Notes: generated by a model not told the origin, from the letters alone. A DNA stretch of 64,000 nucleotides from an uncultured Candidatus Binatia bacterium (GCA_964291295.2 OZ219754.1:1248001-1312000), one strand, 5' to 3'. Shown: positions 41,683-50,680, counted from the first letter of the stretch. Made by a program: numbers and translations.

Positions 41683-42636
41683 TCACTGCTTCAACCCGCA
41701 CCCTTCGAACGCCTCCCGGGTGCGCGCCTTCTCTTCGTCGGTAAGCTGGAGGAACGGTGGGCGGGTGGGGCCGCCGACCTGGCCCAGGAGTTCCTGCCAG
41801 TATTTCTGATGGGCATGGGGCTTGCCGCCCGGTCGGGTGGACGACAGCGCCTCGCGGACCGGGTTCAGGCTGTCGCGAACCTGGCGGGCCCTGGCGGCCT
41901 GGCCGTCGAAAGCGAGTTGGGTGTACTCGTGCATGCGCCGGTCATTCCGGGTCTGGAGCAGGTAGGGAGGGGACGAGCACAGGTAGAGTTGCCAGCCGAG
42001 TTCCACGATGTTGTCGAGCCACTCTTCCTCGGATGCGGTGCTGACGATGATCCGCTCCCCCGCCAGCCGCGTCAGTTCGGCGTACATGCGGCGCGGCACC
42101 GAGTATTTGATGGCCACGATGTTGGGCAGCGCCGCCACCCGGGCGCACAGTTCCGGGCTCATCAGGTAGCCGGCATCCGGATGGCTCCACATGGCGATGC
42201 CGATGTTCACCTGGTCGCAGACGGCCTTGTAGTAGTTGTAGATGGTGTCGTCCCGGTCGCTGATGAAGTGCAGCATGGGGGCGTGCACCACGATGTAGTC
42301 GGCGCCCACCGCCTCGGCATGGCGCGCCAGTTCCACCACCGTGTCGAAGTTCTGGTCGGAGCAGGACATGATGGTGCCGGCCCGGTCGCCGGCTTCCTCC
42401 ACCGCGATCACGAAGTTGCGCTTGCGCTCCTCCAGGCTCATGGAGAAGAACTCTCCCTGTTTGCCGGCAATGAAGAGCCCCTGGATCGCCAGGTCGTCGA
42501 TCCAGTGCCGGATGTTCCGGCGCAGCCCCTCCTCGTTGAACGAGAAGTCGTCGTTGAAGGGATTCATGGCCGCGGCCCAGATGCCCTTCATGTTCTCCCG
42601 GGCATGCTCCTTCGCATCGTGCCTGGAGTACTTCAT
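41683..42636 (-). CDS. Dihydrodipicolinate synthase/aldolase family protein
   Basis: GKQGEFFSMSLEERK, NIVAIKYS (Schiff-base Lys). Confidence 0.88.
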   Translation of the reverse strand: MKYSRHDAKEHARENMKGIWAAAMNPFNDDFSFNEEGLRRNIRHWIDDLAIQGLFIAGKQGEFFSMSLEERKRNFVIAVEEAGDRAGTIMSCSDQNFDTVVELARHAEAVGADYIVVHAPMLHFISDRDDTIYNYYKAVCDQVNIGIAMWSHPDAGYLMSPELCARVAALPNIVAIKYSVPRRMYAELTRLAGERIIVSTASEEEWLDNIVELGWQLYLCSSPPYLLQTRNDRRMHEYTQLAFDGQAARARQVRDSLNPVREALSSTRPGGKPHAHQKYWQELLGQVGGPTRPPFLQLTDEEKARTREAFEGCGLKQ

Positions 42637-42736
42637 GGCTTCATGCCTCTCATGGGCTTCATGCCCTTGTGTGCTCCTGTGTCTTGTTCCGCCCTCCCGC
42701 TCCCGCCCTTTGCTCCTGACTCATTTCGCCCCTGAC

Positions 42737-43210
42737 TCATTTCCCGGCCAGCAGCCCGGGCCAGTTGGCGTCGCCCCTGGCGATGTTGCCGGGGATGTCC
42801 CGGGACCACTGGTCCCGCACGTTCAGGCTGTAATTGAGGTAGAGCGCCCCGTCCACGAGGCTCCAGGCGTCAGGGTCGATGGAGGCCGTGTAGCCCCGGC
42901 TCACCGCGAACGCGCAGTATCCGCCGTACCTGGGCGCGTACTTCTCGGGGTCGGCCTCGAACTTCGCCTTGTTCCCGGCGCTGGCGAATGACCAGGTGGC
43001 TCCTTTCCATTCCGCGCGGTGGGCCCGCTTGCCTTTCACCGGCTTCCCTTCGGTGTGGTAGGCCACGGGGTCGTAACCGCGGATGGCCCCGCCCGTGTAG
43101 GTGGAGAACACCGGGTCAAGGGCCGCCGCCGCTCCTGCCCAGCCGGCCAGAAACGCCACGGTGATGAGGACGTCGAGGAACAGGGCGTGTCGAATCCGCG
43201 CACGATGCAT
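42737..43210 (-). CDS. YHS-domain secreted protein
   Basis: Signal peptide, AIRGYDPVAY, F..DPEKYAPRYGGYCAFAV, LYLNY, DANWP. Confidence 0.92.
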   Translation of the reverse strand: MHRARIRHALFLDVLITVAFLAGWAGAAAALDPVFSTYTGGAIRGYDPVAYHTEGKPVKGKRAHRAEWKGATWSFASAGNKAKFEADPEKYAPRYGGYCAFAVSRGYTASIDPDAWSLVDGALYLNYSLNVRDQWSRDIPGNIARGDANWPGLLAGK

Positions 43211-43961
43211 GGATGCCTCCGCAAGCTTCAGTGTGGCTGATTTTCAATTTCACCCCATTACGGGCGAGTTTGCAATACGCGCGTTGGCTGCAAAGGTGCT
43301 CAAGGTGCTGCGTTACGGTGCCGGCTGAACTGATCCGTGAACGGTGCCGCGCCGCGGCCTGAGGCGGACAGGCGCGCCGATTCCGCGGTCTGCCACCGGG
43401 TTTTCCGGCCCCACCGTCCGAAACGGCCGGAGCCGCTTCTTCCGGCTCTGCTTCGCATGGAACGGCGCGATCCGGCAGGTCGTCATCGGCCGAGCGACAG
43501 GCCGGCGACGGGATACGCCCAGCCTGGAACGAATCCGCTTTCAAGGCGATTGCCTGATTGCATGCTGCCGACCGATCATGTTGCAAGAAAACATGTTGCA
43601 AGAAAAGGCTGTTTCTCACAGTACGGTTTTCCGGTTCTCCGTCAGGTACAGGTACACGCAGGCGTGGTCACCCATCGGTGTGATCACCGGGCGTCTTGCC
43701 GCCGACATTCGCGAAGGTTGTCCGCTCCCGAGGCATCGGGCCATGAATGCCACCCGCTCTACGGGCGTGTGCAACACGCACGGCGATGGCCAAGGTCCGG
43801 GTTCGTTCCCGCCGCAATTCCGCCATGGATGGCGACGTGGTACCATGGATGGCGACGTGGTATACAGGCGAACGACGCCTTTGATCGGAGGGTCGCGCGC
43901 CGCCACCGCCTGCGGTGCCTGACCCGATTGGCCCGGACCGCCTCCACCCCACGAAATTCCG

Positions 43962-45239
43962 ATGCCCACCAACCGCCGCACGGTGTTCGCCTGGTGCCTT
44001 TACGACTTCGCCAACTCGGCCTTCACCACGCTGGTGGTCACATTCATCTATGCGGCTTTCTTCACCAGGGTCATTGCCCCGGACGAGGTGACGGGCACGT
44101 GGCTGTGGTCCCGGAGCGTCAGCGTCACGGCCATCGCCGTGGCGCTGCTGTCGCCGCTGCTGGGGGCCGTGGCCGATCGGCGCGGCTGGCGCAAGCGCTT
44201 TCTCGGGTTCTTCACGCTGGCGGCCGTGGTCGGTTCGTGTTTCCTGTACACCGCCATGCCCGGCGAGTGGGTCAAGGCGCTGCTCTGGTTCACCGCGGCC
44301 AATATCGCGTTCGAGATGGGCGGCGTGTTCTACAACGCTTTCCTGCCGGACGTGGCGCCACCGGACCGCATCGGGCGCATCTCGGGTTACGGCTGGGCGC
44401 TGGGCTACGTCGGCGGCCTCAGCGCCCTGGGGCTGGCCCTGGCGGGATTCGTGGATGCGGAGGTTCCGTGGTTCGGCTTCGAGAAGGAAGGCTACCAGCA
44501 CATCCGCGCCACCAATCTGCTGGTGGCCGGCTGGTTCGCCGTGTTCAGCCTGCCGTTGTTCCTGTGGGTGCCGGAGAGCCCGGCCGGGCCCGGCGTGCGC
44601 TCGTCGTCCAGCCCCTTCCGGCGGCTGGCGGCGACGTTCCGCGAAATCCGGCGCTACCCCGATGTCTTCCGCCTGCTGCTCGCCCGCCTCTTCTACGCGG
44701 ACGGCCTCAACACGGTCTTCGCCTTCGGCGGGATCTACGCCGCCGGCACCTTCGGCTTCACCTTCGAGGAGTTGCTGTTCTTCGGCCTGACGCTCAATGT
44801 GGCCGCCGGCCTGGGTGCCTTTGCGCTGGGCTTCGTGGACGACTGGCTCGGGGGCCGGCGCACCATCCAGATCAGCCTGATGGGATTCATCGTCGCCACC
44901 GTGACGGCGCTGCTCACCGGCCGCCGTGCGCTCTTCTGGGCCGCCGGCCTTCTCATCGGCCTGTGCGGCGGACCCAACCAGGCGGCCAGCCGCTCGCTCA
45001 TGGGCCGGTTCGTACCGGAGGGGAAGAAGAACGAATTCTACGGCCTCTTCGCCTTCTCGGGCAAGGCCACCGCCTTCCTGGGCCCCTTTCTGCTGGGTGA
45101 ATTGACCCGCTTCTTCGGCTCGCAGCGCGCCGGCATGGCGGTGGTGCTGGTCTTCTTCGTCATTGGCCTCGCGCTCATCGGGCGGGTCGACGAGGCGCGC
45201 GGGAAGCGGCCGGCAGCGGCGCCGGCGCGCCCCTCCTGA
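43962..45239 (+). CDS. MFS transporter, UMF1/ATG22-like family
   Basis: WCLYDFANSAF, SPLLGAVAD, YNAFLP, GPNQAASRS; about 12 TM segments. Confidence 0.92.
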   Translation: MPTNRRTVFAWCLYDFANSAFTTLVVTFIYAAFFTRVIAPDEVTGTWLWSRSVSVTAIAVALLSPLLGAVADRRGWRKRFLGFFTLAAVVGSCFLYTAMPGEWVKALLWFTAANIAFEMGGVFYNAFLPDVAPPDRIGRISGYGWALGYVGGLSALGLALAGFVDAEVPWFGFEKEGYQHIRATNLLVAGWFAVFSLPLFLWVPESPAGPGVRSSSSPFRRLAATFREIRRYPDVFRLLLARLFYADGLNTVFAFGGIYAAGTFGFTFEELLFFGLTLNVAAGLGAFALGFVDDWLGGRRTIQISLMGFIVATVTALLTGRRALFWAAGLLIGLCGGPNQAASRSLMGRFVPEGKKNEFYGLFAFSGKATAFLGPFLLGELTRFFGSQRAGMAVVLVFFVIGLALIGRVDEARGKRPAAAPARPS

Positions 45240-45882
45240 GGATCGCCAGCGCCGCCTTGACGCGGTTGTCCACGTTGAGCTTGGCGAAGATGCTGGTGAC
45301 ATGGGCCTTGACCGTGCGCTCGCTGATGAAGGTGCGGGCGGCGATCTCCCTGTTGCCGAGTCCCTCGGCCAGCAGCTCGAGGACTTCCAGTTCGCGCCGG
45401 GTCAGGCTTTTCAGCCCGTCAGCGTTCCTTGTCGCGGGCTCGGCGGGGGCCTGGGCGGCGATGGCGGCGAACTCGCCGGCGCGCGGCAGCTTGGGGTCGA
45501 TCCATATCCCGCCGGCGTGAATCGTGCGCACCGCCTGGACAAGCGTTTCGGGAGCCGCGTCCTTCAGGATGTAGCCGCGGGCGCCGGCCTTGGCCGTGTT
45601 GACGATGCTGTCCGCCTCCTCGAAAGCGGTGAGGATGGCCGTCCGGGTCCCGGGGTGGCCCTCCTTCAGTTCCAGGAGCGTCTGGACCGCATTTCTGCCG
45701 GGCATCCTGAGGTCCAGCAGCAGGACGTCGCCCCGACCCTTGGCGACGGCCGGCTCCACCTCCTCGGCCCGCGCCGCCTCCGCCGTGACCAGCAGGTTCC
45801 GTTCCCGCGCCAGGACGTGTTTCAGACCCTCCCGAAAGAGAGTGTGGTCATCCGCCAGGACGATCTTGATGGGCTCGGCCAT
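45175..45882 (-). CDS. NarL/FixJ-family response regulator (REC + LuxR HTH), orphan
   Basis: LADDH, LLLDLRMP, GYILK, LTRRELEVL..GLGNREIA..ISERTVKAH. Confidence 0.93.
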   Translation of the reverse strand: MAEPIKIVLADDHTLFREGLKHVLARERNLLVTAEAARAEEVEPAVAKGRGDVLLLDLRMPGRNAVQTLLELKEGHPGTRTAILTAFEEADSIVNTAKAGARGYILKDAAPETLVQAVRTIHAGGIWIDPKLPRAGEFAAIAAQAPAEPATRNADGLKSLTRRELEVLELLAEGLGNREIAARTFISERTVKAHVTSIFAKLNVDNRVKAALAILRRGAPAPLPAASRAPRRPAR

Positions 45883-45955
45883 GAGGGGACACTATTTCTT
45901 CCCGGCAGTCCGGATGTCAACGTTGGACGCCGTGTGCGCCCGCCTCCGGCGGAGT

Positions 45956-46927
45956 CTACAGAAAGGCGTTGCCGGCATGGTCGCAGAACGCGTCGGCGTC
46001 ACGGATGTAGCCCATGACGGTAGCAGGGCTGGTATGGCGGGTGACGGCCATGATCTTGTCGAGCCGGGCATGGTGGGCCGCCGCGCTGGTGACGAAACCC
46101 GCTCGCAACGAATGGCCGGACAGCTCTTTCGGATTCAGGCCGATGGCTGCGCCGTAGCGCTTGACCAGGCGCGGGATATCCGAGTGGTGCAGCGGCCGTT
46201 CCTGCACCGAACCGCCCCGTTTCATCGACCGGAACAGCGGCCCGCGCGTGATGCCCGACACCGACAACCAGGCTTGCACGCGGGCGATGGGCCTGACCGT
46301 TCTCCCTTCCGGGACCGCGATGCGCTGACCTTTGCCGTTCTGGTCGGTCTTGGAGCGGCGGACGACAAGCAGCATACGCTGGGGTTGGCGCCGGGTTGAC
46401 GGGAGGATCATCACATCGGCGACGCGCAGCGCACACAGTTCGGAGCGGCGCAGGGCGGCCGCGAAGCCGAGTGCCAGCACGGCCGCGTCGCGCCTGCCGA
46501 TTACCGAGTCGGGACAGCGCGCCAGCATGGCCGCCAACTCCCCCTCGCGCAGCGCCCTGACCCGCCGCGGTGCGGCGCTCGCAAGGCGGCTCAAGCCCTG
46601 GAGGGTTGCCCGAACGGTGGGGTGACGGGTGGGAGAGGGCATGCCGGCGTCGCTGAATCGCCTGGCGATGGCGCTGCTGTAGAGGAAGACCGTACCCATG
46701 GACAGCGGGACGCCGCGTCCCGAACGGGGACGCATGGCGCAGTCCAGGAGAAAGCGGGCGACGGTCTCCGGAGAGACGGAAAGCGGATCGGCGATCTTTT
46801 CCCGCGCGCAATACGTGGCGAAACGGGTCCAGCCCTTTGCGTAGGCCAGGCGCGTGTTCGGCGCGATGGCGGACGACAGGACAAGCTGGTGAATATCGGA
46901 TTGGTGAATATCGCATGTGTTCGGCAT
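45956..46927 (-). CDS. Tyrosine recombinase/site-specific integrase (Cre-like, SAM-like N domain)
   Basis: PNTRLAYAKGW N domain; catalytic R (LRRSEL), K (SKTDQ), HxxR (GHSLRAG), H (TRH) and Y (MGYIR) all present; start uncertain. Confidence 0.92.
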   Translation of the reverse strand: MPNTCDIHQSDIHQLVLSSAIAPNTRLAYAKGWTRFATYCAREKIADPLSVSPETVARFLLDCAMRPRSGRGVPLSMGTVFLYSSAIARRFSDAGMPSPTRHPTVRATLQGLSRLASAAPRRVRALREGELAAMLARCPDSVIGRRDAAVLALGFAAALRRSELCALRVADVMILPSTRRQPQRMLLVVRRSKTDQNGKGQRIAVPEGRTVRPIARVQAWLSVSGITRGPLFRSMKRGGSVQERPLHHSDIPRLVKRYGAAIGLNPKELSGHSLRAGFVTSAAAHHARLDKIMAVTRHTSPATVMGYIRDADAFCDHAGNAFL

Positions 46928-46953
46928 TGCGGACCTGATACTGTGCGGGACGA

Positions 46954-46983
46954 GGTTTATCAAACCAGCGGGTTTATCAAACC
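46954..46983. promoter_or_regulatory. Two direct copies of the interrupted palindrome GGTTT-ATC-AAACC upstream of the recombinase
   Basis: Copies at 46954-46966 and 46971-46983. Confidence 0.55.
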
Positions 46984-47230
46984 GGCGCGATTCCAGCGCA
47001 GTGCGATTGCTTGTCGATTGATCAAATATCGGGCGCGACGTTATCGGCCACGGAGTCGCGCAGGGGTCACCGCATGGGCGTGGACCGTAACAACAAGGCG
47101 GTATCAGGGGGTAGGAACTCCGGAGAACGGCCGGGTGACAGGGAGTGGCGGCAGGTGGTGGCTGGCGGGAAGGTGGCCTCTTGTGGCCTCCCGGATGCGA
47201 TTCGAGAAGGCTGCCCGGGCGGCCGGCGGC

Positions 47231-47266
47231 AAAACAGGGCCGTTCCACGAAGGAACGACCCTGTTT
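47231..47266 (-). terminator. Intrinsic terminator of left porin copy
   Basis: AAACAGGGTCGTTCC-TTCGT-GGAACGGCCCTGTTTT hairpin followed by a U-run, about 27 nt after the stop. Confidence 0.75.
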
Positions 47267-47292
47267 CCGTGCGGTTCCGGCGATGGACGGCG

Positions 47293-48789
47293 CTAGAACC
47301 GGTATTCGGCGATGAGGGTGAAGACGTTGGTCTTGTCGTCGCCCTTGTCCGCAGTGGCAAGCTGCTCGTTAGGCTGCTTGTGCGGACAGCCCTCGCCGTC
47401 GCAGCTGAGTTGATCCCACACGCCGTGGATCTGCATCCAGCCGCCGGGGGCGTTGTACACCACCGCCAAGCCGCTGTTGTTCCCTTCCTGGTCTTTCAGC
47501 GCGACGTTATTTCCGTACGTACCCTTCGAATCGACATCCGTGACGGAGTACATCGGGGAGAGGTAGATGCCTCCTTCCTTCTTGCTTCCGCCCATCATGC
47601 CGCTCTTGGGACCCCACAGCCAGACCTGCGCGGCCAAGCGAATCTCCGAGGCCTCGCGGTCGTATTTCATCGCTGTGTACAAACGGTTATCCGGTTCACC
47701 CTTGTAAGTTGCCAAGTGGGCGGACAGTCCGAGCCACTTCAGAGGCGACCAAGAAACGTTATGGTACGTGTAGGTGTGATCACCCGTCACCTTGCCGCCG
47801 ACATACGCGAAGTTGATCCGCTCCTGAGTCGTCGGGCCGTAAATGTCGCCCACGCCGTGGTAGAGATCCTTCATCTGCTCGTAGGTGAAGGAGTACTTCA
47901 GGCTCGATACGTCGAAGCCGCCCATCTGCGGCGACTTCGCCATGGGCTGGATGCCGATGCCGAAGGCCATGCTGCGCCCATCCCTGGACAGGATATTCTC
48001 GCCGCCTTCCCTCTTGAGATCAGGAGCAGTCGTCTCTTTGGTTTTGTCATAGGCAGTGACCGGGGTGCGGCCGTACTCATCCTGTTGATCGAGGCCGACG
48101 GCGAATGCGATGTGGTTGATCTTGCTGATGCCCATGGCGGGAAGCTTGCCCCAGTTCAGCACCAGGCTGCCGTCCTGCGATCCGCCCATGGCCAATGCGT
48201 TGATGAACGGCGAGTCTTCTGTCCGGCCATAACCGTTGTTCTTGTTGCCGTTGAACGAAGGGTTGTAGCCGTAGGCCACCGTCGGCAGCCAAGGGTTCAT
48301 CTTCTCGAAGTGGAGATAGGCGTCGCCGTCAAAGGCCACGGAGGTATTTCCGCTGAAGGTCCACTTGACTTCGTAGAAGCCCTGGTTCGACGTCACGTTG
48401 ATGTTGGGCCGAAAACGCCGGATTCGGATCACGCCGTTCTGGTAACCCATTGCGGGGTCGTCATTGGTGAGCCATATGCTGGTGTAGATCTGGAGCCGCT
48501 GCCCGAACGTGATGCTCCAGTTGTTGTCCGCCGCGGCGATGGTCAGGCCCTTGCCCGCGGAATACTTGAACGACGGCCCCTTCATCTCGGCCGCGAGGGC
48601 GCTCTCCTGGTTCCGTCTCTCCTGGTTCTGCTTCAGCTGCACCAGTTCCCGCTCCAGGGCTGCTATTCTTCCATCCACGTCGGTTTCGTCCACGTCGGAC
48701 GCCTGCACCGGCGATGCCGCGAGCACCATGCCCGCTGTCAGGACCAAGGCACTTGCGAAACCCAGCGCCTTCTTCAACACGTCATTCAT
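47293..48789 (-). CDS. Outer-membrane beta-barrel/porin-like protein, copy A (498 aa)
   Basis: Signal peptide ending VQA-S, short coiled coil, alternating aromatic beta strands, C-terminal AEYRF beta-signal; RBS AAGGAGG. Confidence 0.85.
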   Translation of the reverse strand: MNDVLKKALGFASALVLTAGMVLAASPVQASDVDETDVDGRIAALERELVQLKQNQERRNQESALAAEMKGPSFKYSAGKGLTIAAADNNWSITFGQRLQIYTSIWLTNDDPAMGYQNGVIRIRRFRPNINVTSNQGFYEVKWTFSGNTSVAFDGDAYLHFEKMNPWLPTVAYGYNPSFNGNKNNGYGRTEDSPFINALAMGGSQDGSLVLNWGKLPAMGISKINHIAFAVGLDQQDEYGRTPVTAYDKTKETTAPDLKREGGENILSRDGRSMAFGIGIQPMAKSPQMGGFDVSSLKYSFTYEQMKDLYHGVGDIYGPTTQERINFAYVGGKVTGDHTYTYHNVSWSPLKWLGLSAHLATYKGEPDNRLYTAMKYDREASEIRLAAQVWLWGPKSGMMGGSKKEGGIYLSPMYSVTDVDSKGTYGNNVALKDQEGNNSGLAVVYNAPGGWMQIHGVWDQLSCDGEGCPHKQPNEQLATADKGDDKTNVFTLIAEYRF

Positions 48790-48872
48790 GACCCCCTCCT
48801 TGGTAATCAGAGTTAACTACAACAGCCTGCAATCTGATTGGAGTTTTGTACTTTTTTCGCGTTATCCATGCA

Positions 48873-48901
48873 ATTGTACACAGGTATGGTTTTCCGCCCA
48901 A
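48873..48901 (-). promoter_or_regulatory. Putative sigma70 promoter facing porin copy A
   Basis: Minus strand TTGGGC (48901-48896), 17-nt spacer, TACAAT (48878-48873), within the AT-rich end of the spacer. Confidence 0.5.
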
Positions 48902-49240
48902 CATGGGCTGTAGGTGCCCATAAAGTAGTACCCAAGTCTTGTTTCCAGGATAGTCTGGCCGCATCCGGACGGCACCGGGCAAGAGCAGCGGCAGAGAGAC
49001 CGTCCTGTACCAACTGTTTCCGGCCCTGACCGAACCGGAACCGGACCGCAAGCCCCATCGGCCCGGAAACCCGGCCCGAAGGCCGCCTGACAATGCTGGC
49101 CAGCCCGGTGGAACGATTGTCGGCCTCGGTCCGGGTGACCGCATGGGCCGCATCGCTTCCGTGCATCGTTGCACCCCCTCCAGGACCACCCGAGCAGCCC
49201 CGGAAAGTCCATGATTACTCTGATTACCAAGGAGGGGGTC

Positions 49241-50611
49241 ATGAATGACGTGTTGAAGAAGGCGCTGGGTTTCGCAAGTGCCTTGGTCCTGACAGCGGGC
49301 ATGGTGCTCGCGGCATCGCCGGTCCAGGCGTCCGACGTGGACAAAAGAATAGCAGCCCTGGAGCGGGAACTGGCGCAGTTGAAGCAGAACCAGGAGAGAC
49401 AAGATCAGGAGAACGCGCTCGCGGCCGAGATGAAGGGGCCGTCGTTCAAGTATTCCGCGGGCAAGGGCCTGACCATCGCCGCGGCGGACAACAACTGGAG
49501 CATCACGTTCGGGCAGCGGCTCCAGATCTACACCAGCATATGGCTCACCAATGACGACCCCGAAATGGGTTACCAGAACGGCGTGATCCGGATCCGGCGT
49601 TTTCGGCCCAACATCAACGTGACGTCGAACCAGGGCTTCTACGAAGTCAAGTGGACCTTCAGCGGAAATACCTCCGTGGCCTTTGACGGCGACGCCTATC
49701 TCCACTTCGAGAAGATGAACCCTTGGCTGCCGACGGTGGCCTACGGCTACAACCCTTCGTTCAATGGCAACAAGAACAACGGTTATGGCCGGACAGAGGA
49801 TTCGCCGTTCATCAACGCATTGGCCATGGGCGGCTCGCAGGACGGCAGCCTGGTGCTGAACTGGGGCAAGCTTCCCGCCATGGGCATCAGCAAGATCAAC
49901 CACATCGCATTCGCCGTCGGCCTCGATCAACAGGATGAGTACGGCCGCGGGCCGGGACACGACACCGACGGGCGCAGCATGGCCTTCGGCATCGGCATTC
50001 AGCCCATGGCGAAGTCGGACCAGATGGGCGGCTTCGACGTATCAAGCCTGAAGTACTCCTTCACCTACGAGCAGATGAAGGATCTCAACTACGGCGTGGG
50101 CGGCATTTATGGTCCGACGACGCAGGAGCGGATCACCTTCGCGAATGTCGGCGGCAAGGTGCTGGGTGATCACACCTACATGTACCATAACGTTTCGTGG
50201 TCGCCCTTGAAGTGGCTCGGAATGTCCGCCCACTTGGCGACTTATGAGGGTGATGCGGACAGCGGCATGATGGCTGACGACCGCGAGGCCTCGGAGATTC
50301 GCCTGGCGGCGCAGGTCTGGCTGTGGGGTCCCAAGAGCGGCATGATGGGCGGAAGCAAGAAGGAAGGCGGCATTTCCATCTCCCCGATGTACTCCGTCAC
50401 CGATGTCGACACGATGGGCATGAAAGACCAGGAAGGTAACAATAGCGGCTTGGCGGTGGTGTACCACGTGCCCGGCGGCTGGATGCAGATCCACGGCGTG
50501 TGGGATCAACTCAGCTGCGACGGCGTGGACTGTCCGGATGAGATTGCCACTGCGGACGCGGGCGACGACAAGACCAACGTCTTCACCCTCATCGCCGAAT
50601 ACCGGTTCTAG
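49241..50611 (+). CDS. Outer-membrane beta-barrel/porin-like protein, copy B (456 aa), inverted paralogue of copy A
   Basis: Same 24-bp leader with RBS, same signal peptide, near-identical N-terminal half, same C-terminal DDKTNVFTLIAEYRF. Confidence 0.85.
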   Translation: MNDVLKKALGFASALVLTAGMVLAASPVQASDVDKRIAALERELAQLKQNQERQDQENALAAEMKGPSFKYSAGKGLTIAAADNNWSITFGQRLQIYTSIWLTNDDPEMGYQNGVIRIRRFRPNINVTSNQGFYEVKWTFSGNTSVAFDGDAYLHFEKMNPWLPTVAYGYNPSFNGNKNNGYGRTEDSPFINALAMGGSQDGSLVLNWGKLPAMGISKINHIAFAVGLDQQDEYGRGPGHDTDGRSMAFGIGIQPMAKSDQMGGFDVSSLKYSFTYEQMKDLNYGVGGIYGPTTQERITFANVGGKVLGDHTYMYHNVSWSPLKWLGMSAHLATYEGDADSGMMADDREASEIRLAAQVWLWGPKSGMMGGSKKEGGISISPMYSVTDVDTMGMKDQEGNNSGLAVVYHVPGGWMQIHGVWDQLSCDGVDCPDEIATADAGDDKTNVFTLIAEYRF

Positions 50612-50637
50612 CGCCGTCCATCGTCGGAACCGCACGG

Positions 50638-50680
50638 AAAGAGGGGCGTTCCTTCATGGAACGGCCCTCTTTTTTTATTT
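50638..50680 (+). terminator. Intrinsic terminator of right porin copy
   Basis: AAAGAGGGGCGTTCC-TTCAT-GGAACGGCCCTCTTTTTTT hairpin with a long U-run. Confidence 0.82.

Noticed and set aside
42737-43210. Second selenoprotein (the YHS family includes Sec members)
   Set aside because: The relevant position in YGGYCAFAV is a TGC Cys codon
43211-43961. 750-bp intergenic region as a possible ncRNA or riboswitch
   Set aside because: No recognisable RNA family motif or credible ORF by eye, only two tandem duplications; an Infernal/Rfam scan would be needed
39962-47290. Integrative element from tRNA-Pro to the recombinase
   Set aside because: No duplicated tRNA 3' end (att site) found by eye near the recombinase or porins, and no excisionase or transfer genes
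47293-50611. Diversity-generating retroelement TR/VR pair
   Set aside because: No reverse transcriptase; both copies are complete genes and the differences are block indels rather than adenine-specific substitutions
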